From an uncultured Planctomycetaceae bacterium (GTDB taxonomy: Bacteria > Planctomycetota > Phycisphaerae > SM23-33): DNA of 64,000 nt. Within the stretch, counting starts at the first letter, position 1, and each line of letters starts with the position of its first letter. The DNA lies in the NCBI GenBank assembly GCA_964385465.1, contig CAYLPJ010000028.1, forward strand, positions 11,789 through 75,788, in the 5' to 3' direction. Below are positions 45,501 through 57,500 of this stretch, piece by piece. The position numbers and the translations under genes are program-made. Below the pieces are notes generated by a model. It did not search any database. It had not been told where the DNA came from and saw only the letters and a program-made list of their open reading frames with translations.

Positions 45501-48500
45501 TGGTCGTCGCCAACCGCGACGGCAATACCGTCTCGGTCCTGATCGGCGACGGCAGCGGGGCGTTCGCCGGGCGGTGGACCTACGCGACCGGCGCGGCGCC
45601 GATGGACGTTCGCCTGGCGGACATGAACGGCGACGGCGATCTCGACGCCGTCACCGCCAACCAGGGCGGCAACAACATCTCCGTGCTGCTGGGCGACGGC
45701 AGCGGCGGCTTCGGCGCGGCCACCAACACCGCGGTGGGGGCGATGCCGACGGACCTGGACGTCGGGCAGATCGACAACGCCGGCGGGCTGGACGTGGTGG
45801 TCGCCAACCGCAACGACGACACGGTGACGGTCCTGATCGGCGACGGCGCCGGCGGGTTCAGCGGCTCGGCGACGTACAACGTCGGCGACAGCCCCTCCGA
45901 CGTCGCCCTGGGCCTGATGGACGGCGACGCGTTCAACGACATCGTCGTGGCCAACCAGGCCGACGACACCGTCAACGTGCTGGTCAACGACGGCGCCGGC
46001 GGGTTCACCGATGCCGGCGTGGGCTCGACGTTCTCGGTGACCACCGTCGACGACGGCGTCCAGAGCCCCGTCGGCCTGGCCATCGGAGACGCCGACGACG
46101 ACGGCACGCTCGACGTGGTCACCGCCAACCGCCTCGGCGAGACCATCGCGGTCCTGCTGGGCAGCGGCGACGGCTCGCTGTTCGCCCTCCAGCTCTTCCC
46201 CGCCGGCGACAGCCCCACGGCCCTGGCGCTGGAGGACCTCACCGGCGACGGGGCGCCCGAGGCGCTGGTCACCGACCAGGTCGGCGATTCCGTGCTGGTG
46301 CTGATGAACAACGGCGACGGCACGTTCACCGCCCCGGCCGCCGACCGGACCTACAACGTGGGCGACAACCCCGCCACGGTCGTGCTGGGCACCGTCGACG
46401 GCGGCTCGACCCTCGACCTGGTCAGCGTCGGGCGCGGCGACGACAGCGCCGGCGTCCGCCTCGGCGAGGGCTCGGGGACCTTCGGCGACCTGATGTCCAC
46501 CACCCTGGGCAACCGCTTCGACGTCGGCGACAACCCCGTCGACGTCGTCGCGGTGGATATGGACGGCGACGGCAACCTGGACGTGCTGACGGCCAACGCC
46601 AACGACGGCTCGACGCAGGGGACGGTCTCGCTGCTGCTGGGCAACGGGGACGGCACGTTCCAGGCCCAGACGACGCAGTTCACGGACATCGATCCGCAGC
46701 AGTTGCTGATCGACGACCTCGACGGCGACGGCAACTGGGACATCCTGACGGCCAACGCCGGCAGCGACAGCGTCTCGGCGAGGCTGGGCGGCGGGGACGG
46801 GACGTTCGGCGGGCACCTGGTCTACCCGGTCGGCACGGCGCCGATGTCGGTGGGCCTGGCGGACCTCGACGGCGACGGGCAGATGGACCTGCTGTCGGCC
46901 AACAGCGGCGACGACACCCTCAGCGTGCTGCTGGGCAACGGCGACGGCTCGTTCGGCGGGGAGCTGCTGCTGGTGGGCAACACCGACCCGTTCGTGGGCA
47001 TCGAGTGGCTGACCAGCCCGGGCGGCGCCCAGGCACTGCTGGGCGTGACGGCCTCGGCGGCGGCGACGCCCCCGACCTTCGACCCGCCGGACAGCAAGCT
47101 CTACACCATCGACTGGACCTCCGGCACGGTGACCGAGCTGGACGACGTGAACCGCTACTCGCCCTACGAGCAGCCGCACATCGCCAGCCTGACCAGCCTG
47201 GCCTATTCGCCGCTTCAGCCGGGCTACCTGTGGACCACCGACCGGGTGATCGGCTACTACGACTCGTACGGCAACTACATCGACGACGCCCGCGTCTTCA
47301 TCCAGATCGACGACAACGGCAACGAGATCCCGCACCTGGACACCCAGGACGGCGATGTGCTCATCGAACGCGACATGGGCTACCGCCTCAGCCGCATCCG
47401 CCTGTCCTCGGCCCTGATGAACTCCAACGGGCAGGGCGACGTGGACGTCCAGTCCATCCTCTTCGACAGCGACCAGGGCACGCACCCGTTCTGGATCTAC
47501 GACGACGTCTACGCCCTCGACCGGGCGCCCGACGGCACGCTCTATGCCGTCGCCAAGGCACGCAGCCTCAACCCCACGACCGACCCGGTGGACCCCGGCG
47601 ACCCGGCCGCGACGACCAAGACGTGGCTGGTCTCCATCGATACGACCTTCTCCCTGTTCAGCGTGGACGTGGTCACCCGTCTTGCCGAGCTGCCGGCCGG
47701 CTACGAGGACGTTACGACCATCGCCTTCAGCGGCGACGGCACGCTGTACGGCGTGCAGGACGTTGTCGGCGGCGACCGGTTGTTCACGTTCGACCAGGCC
47801 GGCGGGACGTTCACCGGCGCGGTGACGGACATCGGCCTGGTCAGCGACGCGTTGATGAACCCGCTGGACCTGACGGGCATGGACTTCCAGCCGGACTACG
47901 TCTCGGCCCTGCCGGGCTACGGGGACGGCACGTTCGGGATGCGGTTCGAGCTGGCCACCGGCAACGGCCCCTACCTCGCGCCGCTGGTGGACCTCAACGG
48001 CGACGGCCGCGTGGACCTCGTCACGACCAACGAGTTCGACGACACGTTCTCGGTGATCCTCAGCAACCCGTTCTCCTCGACGGCCTATCTGGATCCGGTG
48101 GTCTACACCGTCGGCGACGCGCCGGTCTCGGCGGACTTCGGCAAGTTCAACGACGACGACCCGCTGGACATCGTGATCGCCAACCGCGACGACGACAGCG
48201 TGACGGTGATCTTCGGCGGCGGCAACGGCACGTTCCAGGCCGTCGAGTCCGCCCCCGCGGACGTCCTGACCGCCCAGCTCAACGACGACGACGATGACGG
48301 CGACATCGACGCCGACGACATCCCCGACATCATCACCGTCAGCGCCGTCGACAGCACGCTGACCGTGCTGCTGGGCCAGGCCGGCGGCACCTACGACGGG
48401 GCCCGGTCAATCTACGACGTGGGCACTTCGCCGCGAACGCTGCTGATGGGCCAGCTCAACGACGACAACGACGACGGGCTGGTCAACAGCGACGACTGGA

Positions 48501-51500
48501 TTGACGCGATCACCGTCAACGCCCTCGACGACACGATCTCCGTGCTGCTGGGCAACGGCAACGGGACGTTCGCGTTCCCGACCACCTACGACACCGGCGC
48601 CGTGCCCTTCGACGGCGAACTCGTCGAAGTCAACGGCGACGGCGACCTCGACGTGGTCGTCGTCAACGCCCTCGACAACACCGCCACCGTCCTGCTCGGC
48701 GACGGCGACGGGGGCTTCGCCGAGCTGATCCAGGCCCAGCCGCCCACGGTCGGGCTGGCGCCGACCTCGCTGGACATGGCCGACCTCAACGGCGACGGCA
48801 ACCTCGACATCGCCGCCGGCAACATGCTCGGGACCGTGACGGTGATCTTCGGCCTCGGCGACGGGACCTTCGACGCCACCACCACGGCGACCTACGACGT
48901 CGGCAGCAATCCCCGCGACGTCACCCTGGTCAACCTCAACGACGACAACGGCGACGGCTTTGTCAACGCCGGCGACGTCCTCGACCTGGTGGTGGGCAAC
49001 TACGTCGACAACGAGGTCAGCGTGCTGCTGGGCAACGCCGACGGGACGTTCGATCCGGAGACGACCTTCGCCGCCGGCACCGGCCCGACGTCCGTCACGC
49101 CGGCGTCCCTCAACACCGACACCGACGACTTCATCGACCTCGTCGTCACCAACGGCGTCACCGGCGAGGCCAGCGTGCTGACCGGCAACGGCGACGGGAC
49201 CTTCAACGCCCCGACGGCCTATACCGTCGGCGCCGGGCCCGTCCAGGCGATCCTCAGCAACGTCTCGGGGACCGCCACCGCCGACCTGATCGTCGCCAAC
49301 GAGACCGACGCGACCTTGAGCATCCTCGAGGGCAGCACCGACGGCACGTTCGGGCTCCAGACCGTCTACGACGCCGGCGCGGTCGGCACGACCTACAACA
49401 ACGTGGGCAACGATCCCTCGGCCGTCGTCGTCGGCGACGTCAACGGCGACACGATCGAGGACATCGTCGTCGCCAACAGCAACCTCGACGACACGCCCGG
49501 CGAAGACACCGTGGCGGTGCTGATCGGCAACCCCGACGGCACGTTCAACGCGCCGGTGAGCTACGCCGTCGGCGACCGCCCGGTCGCGGTGGTCCTGGGC
49601 GACTTCAACCTCGACGGCTGGCTGGACATCGCTACCGCCAACAACACCGCCGACACCGTCTCGATCCTGCTGGGCAACGGCGACGGGACCTTCGCCGCCC
49701 ACGTGCCCTACGCCGCGGGGGACCAGCCGGTGGACTTGGCGCTCGGCGACCTGAACTCCGACGACGTGCTGGACCTGGTCGTCGCCAACTACGGCGACGG
49801 GAACGTCCAGTTCATGCTGGGGGCGGAGGACGGCACGTTCGCGGCAAGGCAGACGCTGATCGTCACCGGCGCGCCGCAGTCGGTGGAGCTGGCGGACCTC
49901 GACGGCGACGGCGACCTGGATATCGTCGCCGTCAGCGAGGAAGCCAACGCCGCCAGCGTCTTCCTGGGCAAGGGCGACGGGTTCTTCTCGGGCAACCACC
50001 AGTACGCCATCGAGAACGGCCCGCGGAGCGTCCGCATCGGAGACATGAACAGCGACGGCGCCCTCGAGATCGTCACCGGCAGCCTGGACGACCGTTTCTT
50101 CGGCGCCACCGCCGACCTGCTGTACGAGATCGACCCGGCCACGGCGATCCTCACCGAGGTCGACGACGGCGCGCTGGCCCTGTCCGGGACCGTCACCGGC
50201 CTGGGCAGCAACCCGCTGGACTCCACCTTCATGTGGGGCACCGGGCAGTTCGGCAGCGGGAACATTCAGAACTACTACCTGCTGAAGATCTTCAACTCCG
50301 CCGACTCGGCCATCCAGGACATGGGCACCATCCGCGTCAGCGGCACGGTGGCCGGGCGGATGTGGACGGCGGGGAACATGGGCCTGATCGACATCGGCTT
50401 CAACTGGGCCGACACCCGCGTCGGGCGGAACCTCGACTGGATGGTCATGCGCCAGGGTGGCGGCGGGCGCGTTGTCGGGACGTCCGTCTACCTGCCCTAC
50501 GCCTCGACGATCAAGGTCGGCGGGACGCTCAACTACGTCCGGACGATGGGCGGGACGCTGTACTCGTCGATCAACGTGGACAACGACGCCGACGTCTTCC
50601 CCATGGGCCTGACCTTCAGCGAGCGGGAAACGTACGTCACCACGGAGGCGGCGTGGCACTACTACTGGATCCAGGGCCAGTTCCCGCGCCTGCCCGGGAG
50701 CCTCGGCGGCCTGGAGAACAACGCGCCCGAGTCCGCCCAGTTCATCAACCATCCGACCGGGACGGGGACCTACTACGGCTCGCTGTCGACCCTGGAGGAG
50801 ACCCAGACGCTGCCGGAGGAGATCCCCGGGCTCGAGGGAACCAGCTACTTCATCGATTACGTCGCCATCCCGATGGAGGCCGGCCAGCGGGTCACCCTCC
50901 AGGGCTGGTTCCTCCTGGGGGTTGTCTGGGTGCCCTTCTACTACTCCGGCAACACGGCCGGGGGCATCAAGGCCCACATGTTCGACTCCCAGGGGCGCTG
51001 GGTCGCCGGCAACGGCTACGAGATGAACGACGACTACGGCGTCGGCAGCCGCTACGTCTACGACTCCGCCGAACTGATCGACGAGCAGAAGCCCCTGGAC
51101 TTCGTCGCCCGCGAGGCGGACATCTACTACCTCGCCGTCATCGCGCCGACGGCACCGTGGATCTACAAGCTCGAGATCGACACCATGCCCGGGGCCGCCC
51201 TCGGCGCGGTGGACATCGAGGGCGACTACATGGGCACGCTTCAGGCCTTCGCGGCCGACAACCTGCCCACGATGAGCGAGGCCAGCCCGCTGGGGCACTA
51301 CATCAGCAACCCGTTCAGCCCGGACGACATTGTCGTCGAGGAGAGCGGGAACCTCGGCGCGATACGCGTGGCCGGGCTGTTCGGGGACGGGACGACCTTC
51401 CTGCCGAGCGTGCACACCATCGGCGGCGGGGGCGACCTGTTCGCCCTCGAGGGCGGGACCGTCGCCGGCGTGACCGTCAAGGCCGAGGGCTCCATCGGCC

Positions 51501-54500
51501 GGCTTGCCTCGTTCGACGGCGACCTGGGCCTGTCCGCCTCGGCCGGGTTCATCGGCTGGCAGCCGGAGCCGTACCCGTACGGCCAGCCGTACACCGACCC
51601 GCACGAATGGGACGCGTACATCCAGACCGTGGTCACGGTCGGCAGCTACGGCGGGGCCCTGTCGGCCACCGGCTCGATGGGCACGATGATCATCGACGGG
51701 GACTTCCTTGCCTCGGTGGTGCAGGTGAACTCCGACGAGGCCGGGCCGGTCGGCGAGGTGGACCTGATCCAGGTCGAGGGCAACTGGGGCAGCCTGATGG
51801 GCGTCCCGACGCTCTACCGCGGCGAGGACGGCGACATCGGCTACGTGCACGTGACCGGGACGATCTTCCAGGACTTCGGCGCCTGGATCGGCCAGGCCAC
51901 GCCGCAGCGGATCACCGATGGCGACGCCACGAACCTCTACGACGACAGTGGGGGGCAGTTGACGATCGACCCGATCATCACGCAGGAGCGGGACCCGGTC
52001 ACCGGCCAGCCGCTGACCGACGCCGACGGCAACCCGATCATGCACGTGCCGGCGTACTCCTACATCATCATCGGCGTCGACGACTTCAACAACCCCGGCT
52101 CGGGGGCAGGCGGGGTCGTCGCGCGGCTGACGATCGACGGCAACACGAGCCTGTCGGTCACCGGCGACGTGAAGGTCGGCGACCTGAACATGGACTACGT
52201 TCCCAACCCGAACGTGGACTACGGGATGGACATCGGCGGCAGCGGCGCGTTCAGCGTGTACTACCTCAACAGCACCCAGCCGTGGGACGCCTACAACAAC
52301 GCCACCGACGGCGATATCGTCTCGGGCATGCTGATGGGCATGGGCCGCATCGCCACCGGCGGCGACATCGGCGCGCAGGTCAGCAAGCTGGGCACGTGGG
52401 TCCACGGCCTCGACGACGCGCCGGTCTCCGCCGACCCGGACACCGAGCCGCAGTACGGCTGGCACCGCGGGAAGGTCAACGGCCTCCAGATCACCGGCGA
52501 CGTGCCGGAAGTCTCCGCCGGCGGGTTCATCCGCGACCTGCGCGTGGTGGGCACGCTGGGCGCCGTGGTCGCCAACGCCGACTCGATCACCCCCGGCGGG
52601 GAGTGGCACGGCGTCAACGGGCTGATCTGGTCCGACCGGCGGATCGACTCGGTCGCCGTCGGCGACGGGCTCGCCGACGACGGCGGGGTCGCCAAGGCGG
52701 CCGCGGGCATCATGTCCGGCGGGACGATCGGCACGGTGAGCATCGTCGGGCCGCGCTACGTCCGCAACGGCGTGGTCTTCGGCGAGATCAACGGCGCGGT
52801 GTTCGGCTACATCAACGACATCGTGAACCTCGTCGATCAGTTCGGCAACACGACGTCGATCGAGCGGAACAGCCTCGGGTCGATCGTCGGCACCAACGGC
52901 GCGCAGTTGACCGCCATGGTCGGCGGGGTGGGGCTCAGTTCGTTCTGGACCTTCACCGGCAGCGTGAGCTTCCTCTCCGGCTGGATGAACGGCTCCTATG
53001 CCGGCATCGGCTCGATCAGCTTCTCCGGCGCCGGGGCCAAGATCCACGGCGCGGAAATCGCCGCCAACTACATCGGCGAGGTCGTCGCCGGAAGCGGCTC
53101 GCTGGGCATCGAGGACAGCTACATCTCCGGCGATGCCGCCAGGCCCGACGGCCTGTCCGTCGGCCGGGTGGCCGCCGGCGGACCGGGCATGGACCGCGTC
53201 ACCCTCAGCGCCGACGGCGGGGACGTCGGGACCATCGCGGGCATCGACGCCGTCTCGGACATCTACTACAGCGAGTTCGTGGTCACCGACGGCGGGATCG
53301 ACAGCGTCTCGGCCCGGGACCTGATCGAGACGTCCATCCACGCGCCCAAGGACCTCGGCTCGCTGCGGGTCACGCGGGACTTCGGCGACGTCGTCTCCGC
53401 CGGCGGCAGCAGCACCGCCTACTTCCTCGACGGCGACGGCACGGGCGACTTCGACATCCGCACGGATTCCTACCCTGTCGGGCTCGGCGCACGCGACGTC
53501 GCCCTCGGGGACCTCAACTCCGACGGCTGGCTCGACGTGGTCACCGTCAACGACTACCGCAAGGACAGCTACGTCACGCTGCTGCTCAGCGACGAATTCG
53601 GGGCGTACACCGCCCCGATCTACTACGTCACCGAGGCCGGGCCGCGGGCGGTCGAACTGGTGGACCTCAACCGCGACGGGCACCTCGACGTCGTCACCGC
53701 CAACGCCAAGGACAACAGCGTCACCATCCTCTACGGCGACGGCGAGGGCGGGTTCCTCGACCGCCGCGTGTTCCCCGCCGGCGAGAAGCCGGTCGCCCTG
53801 GCCGTCGGGGACATCAACGGCGACGGCGTCGCCGACGTCGTCACCGCCAACGAGGAGAGCGACGACCTGTCGATCCTCATCAACCGCGGCAACGGGCGAC
53901 TGCTGGACGAGATCCGCGTCGACGCCGGCGACGGGCCCAGCTCGGTGATCGTCGGGCAGCTCAACGACGACAACGGCGACACGTTCGTCACCGCGGCCGA
54001 CGACCTGGACATCGTCGTCACCAACCGCCTCGACGACACGGCGACCGTCCTGCTGGGCAACGGCGACGGCACGTTCGCCGCCGGGGTGGACTACGAGACC
54101 GGCTACTACCCGATGGACCTCGAGTCCGGCGACCTGGACAACGACGGCGACCTGGACCTGGTCGTCGCCAACCGGGCCGAGCGGAAGGTCTCGATCCTGC
54201 TGGGCAACGGCGACGGCACGTTCGCCGACCAGTCGAAGGTCTACATCGGCTACGTGCCCCATCGCATCGAGGTCGCCGACTTCGACGCCGACGGCAACGA
54301 CGACTTCGTCGTCGCCCACGAGGCCGACGACAACATGTCCGTCTTCCTCGGAGCGGGCGACGGGACGTTCACGATGAGCTACCTGCTGGAGCTGCCCAGC
54401 CCGGTCGCGGCCCTGGCCGTGGCGGACATGGACTTCGACGGCGTGCTGGACATCGTGCCCATCGCCCGCGGCGACACCGTCGCCGGCCTGCTGGTCGGCA

Positions 54501-57500
54501 GCATCGGCAGCTTCTACGTCGGGCGCGACGTGACCGACTCCTTCATCCGCGTCGCCGGCACGGTCGGCTCGATGAAGGTCGGCAACCGCATCAACAGCAC
54601 CGACATCCTCCTGCCCGGCTCGGCGGCGAACCTCATGTACCTCGAGGCCGCCGAGGACATTTCCGGGCGGATCGAGTCCCATGGGCGGATCGGCACGATC
54701 ATCAGCCGCAGCGGCGCGATCTACGCGGAGATCAACACCACCCCCGAGCCGGGCACGCCCAGCAACGACGTCGGGCGCATCGTGGCCGAGGAAGGCCTGT
54801 TCGGCTGGGTGGACATCGCCGGCTCGCTGAACAGCCTGGAAGTCTACACCTCTCTCGGCGTAGACCCGCGCGACGAGGGCGTGCCCCAGGAGATCGTCAT
54901 CAACGGCGACCTCGGCGTGCTTCGCGTCGTCCGGCGGTTCGGCGACCCGGAGGCCAACCTGTTCGCCAACGTCAGCGTCGGCGGCAGCATCGTCTCCCGC
55001 GTGGACGTCGACGGGACGCTCTTCGGCGACCTGAAGGTCAACGGCGACGCCAACTTCCTGATGTTCGACGGGAACCTGGGCTTCCTCGATGCCGGCACGG
55101 GGACCACGTTCGGATCGGTCGAGGTGCTCGGCGACCTCCACATCATCCGCTTCGCCACCCAGGGCGACCTGGTCGCCGACATCATCTCCGGCGGCTCGCT
55201 GCGGAACCTGACGATCCTCAACGGCAACGTCGAGGGCGACATCGTCAGCCGCTACGGCGACATCCTCGGCCTGACGGTCATCAACGGCAACGTCAACGGC
55301 AACGTCCGCGGGCGGAGCATCAGCTTCGTCAACGTCATCGGGCGCGACCCGGGCACCGGCGACATCACCGGCGACCTCACCGCCACCAACGGCGGCATCG
55401 GGCGCGTCACGGTCAGCAACGGCAACATCCTGGGCAACATCGACGCCCTCAACGGCAGCGTCGACCTGCTCCAGGTCATCCGCGGCAACCTCGGCAGCGC
55501 CGCAACGCAGACCACCGCCTCGGCCACGCAGGGCTTCGGGCGGATCAACGTCATCCTCGGCGACCTGCTGATGGACGTCCTCAGCCGCGGCAAGATCACC
55601 GGGCTGATGGTCAACGGCAACGTCACCGACGTCGAGATCAGCTCCACCGACGAGATCGGCCTGTTCTACGTGCTGGGCAACAACACGATGACCGGCTCGA
55701 CGGTCCGCTCGGCCGCGGGGATCACCCGCACGTTCGTCCAGGGCGACGTGACCGACTCGATCCTCTCCTCCGGGCGGGACCTGGACTACATCACCGTCCT
55801 CGGCGACGTGACCGATTCGATGTTCCTGGCCGGCTGGGACACCGGGTGGCAGAACGTCTCCCACTACGCCTCCAACGGCGACGGGACGATGACGGCCCGG
55901 CCGATGCTCAACGCCGGCGCCGACCCGCGTGCGGTGACGATGGGCGACCTCAACGGCGACGGCTACCCGGACCTGGTGGTCGCCAACTTCGACGACGACG
56001 ACATCTCCGTCCGCTTCAACGACGGGCTGGGCTCCTTCGGCCCGCAGGTCCGCTACACGATGGGCGACGGCCCGACCGCGGCCGTCCTGGCCGACCTCGA
56101 CGGCGACGGCAACCTCGACGTGCTGACCGCCAACCACGAGGACGACACCGTCTCGACCCGCCTCGGCGACGGGGCCGGCGGCTTCGGGGCCGAGGTCGTC
56201 CATGCCGTCGGCGACGGCCCGCGAGGGCTCGCCGTCGAAGACCTGACGGCCGGGACCGACCCGGACCTGCTGATCGCCCACGACGGCGACGACACGCTGT
56301 GGCTGGTCGAGGGCGAGGGCGACGGCACGTTCGACGTGGGGGCGCCGGAGATCGCCGCCTTGCCCGTCGGATCGGGCCCGGTGTCGATCGCGGTCGGCGA
56401 CCTCGACGGGCTGAACCAGATCGACTTCGCCGTCGCACGCGAAGGCGATGGCTGGGTTACGGTCTTCCTGCACGACGGCGTGAGCAGCTACGTGCAGGAC
56501 GCCGACTACGGCGTGGGCACGGCCCCGCAGAGCGTGGACCTCGGCGACGCCGACGGGGACGGAGACCTTGATTTCGTCACCGCCAACCGCGGCAGCGACA
56601 ACGTCTCGGTCTGGCTGAACAACGGCGACGGGACGTTCGCCGGCGCGGCGCTCTACGCCACCGGCGACGCCCCGACCGACGCCCGCTTCGTCAACATGAA
56701 CGCCGACGCGCTGCCCGATATCGTCACCACCGACCGCGACGACGGGACCATCTCGGTCCTGGCCGCGGTCGGCGGCGGGGCGTACGGCGCGGCCGCGGCG
56801 ACGACCACCGCGCCGCTGCCGCAGGCGCTGGCCCACGCGGACATCGACCAGGACGGCGACGACGACATCATCGCCGTCCACGACACCACGCGGGTCAACC
56901 CGCTGAACGGCGGCAACGCCCACGCCGGGCGGATCCGGAACTTCTACATCTCCGGCGACTACAACTCCTCGGTGACCGCGGCCGGCATCGGCCCGGGCCC
57001 CGACGGGGACTTCACGACCACCGGCGACAACACGGTCGCCGACGGGTCGAGCACGATCGACATCATGCGGATCGCCGGGACGGTCCAGGACACCGCCACC
57101 AGCGCGTTCCTGGCCGACACGTCGATTTACCAGCGGCTGCTCGACGGCCTGCCCGGCAGCGTGGTCGTCCCCGCCCAGTACCATCCGACGGCCACGCCGA
57201 CCGGAGACGGCAACGACTTCGGCCCGAGCATCGGCCTGACCCAGACGGTCTGGGACGACGGGGCGGGCTTCACCATCGCACTCCGCGGCGGGCTGGAGGG
57301 CATGGCCCACTACGACCCGGCCACGCGGACGCTGACGCTGAAGCGGACGACGAACATCTCCTCGCTGGTGATCCGCTACACGGGCGCCGGGCAGTACGCC
57401 GGCGGCCTGCCGGTGACGATCGTCGGCGCCGAGGACAGCGGCCTGGCCCTGTTGCAGGTGCTCGGCGACGTCGTCCTGGGCGACGTGGACATCGACGGGC

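Noticed and set aside
44810-56900. Possibility that the regularly spaced short direct repeats are a CRISPR array or a non-coding satellite
   Set aside because: The repeats are in phase with an open reading frame and encode the conserved FG-GAP motif. The spacers are of unequal length and are coding. They are protein-coding tandem repeats, not a CRISPR array.
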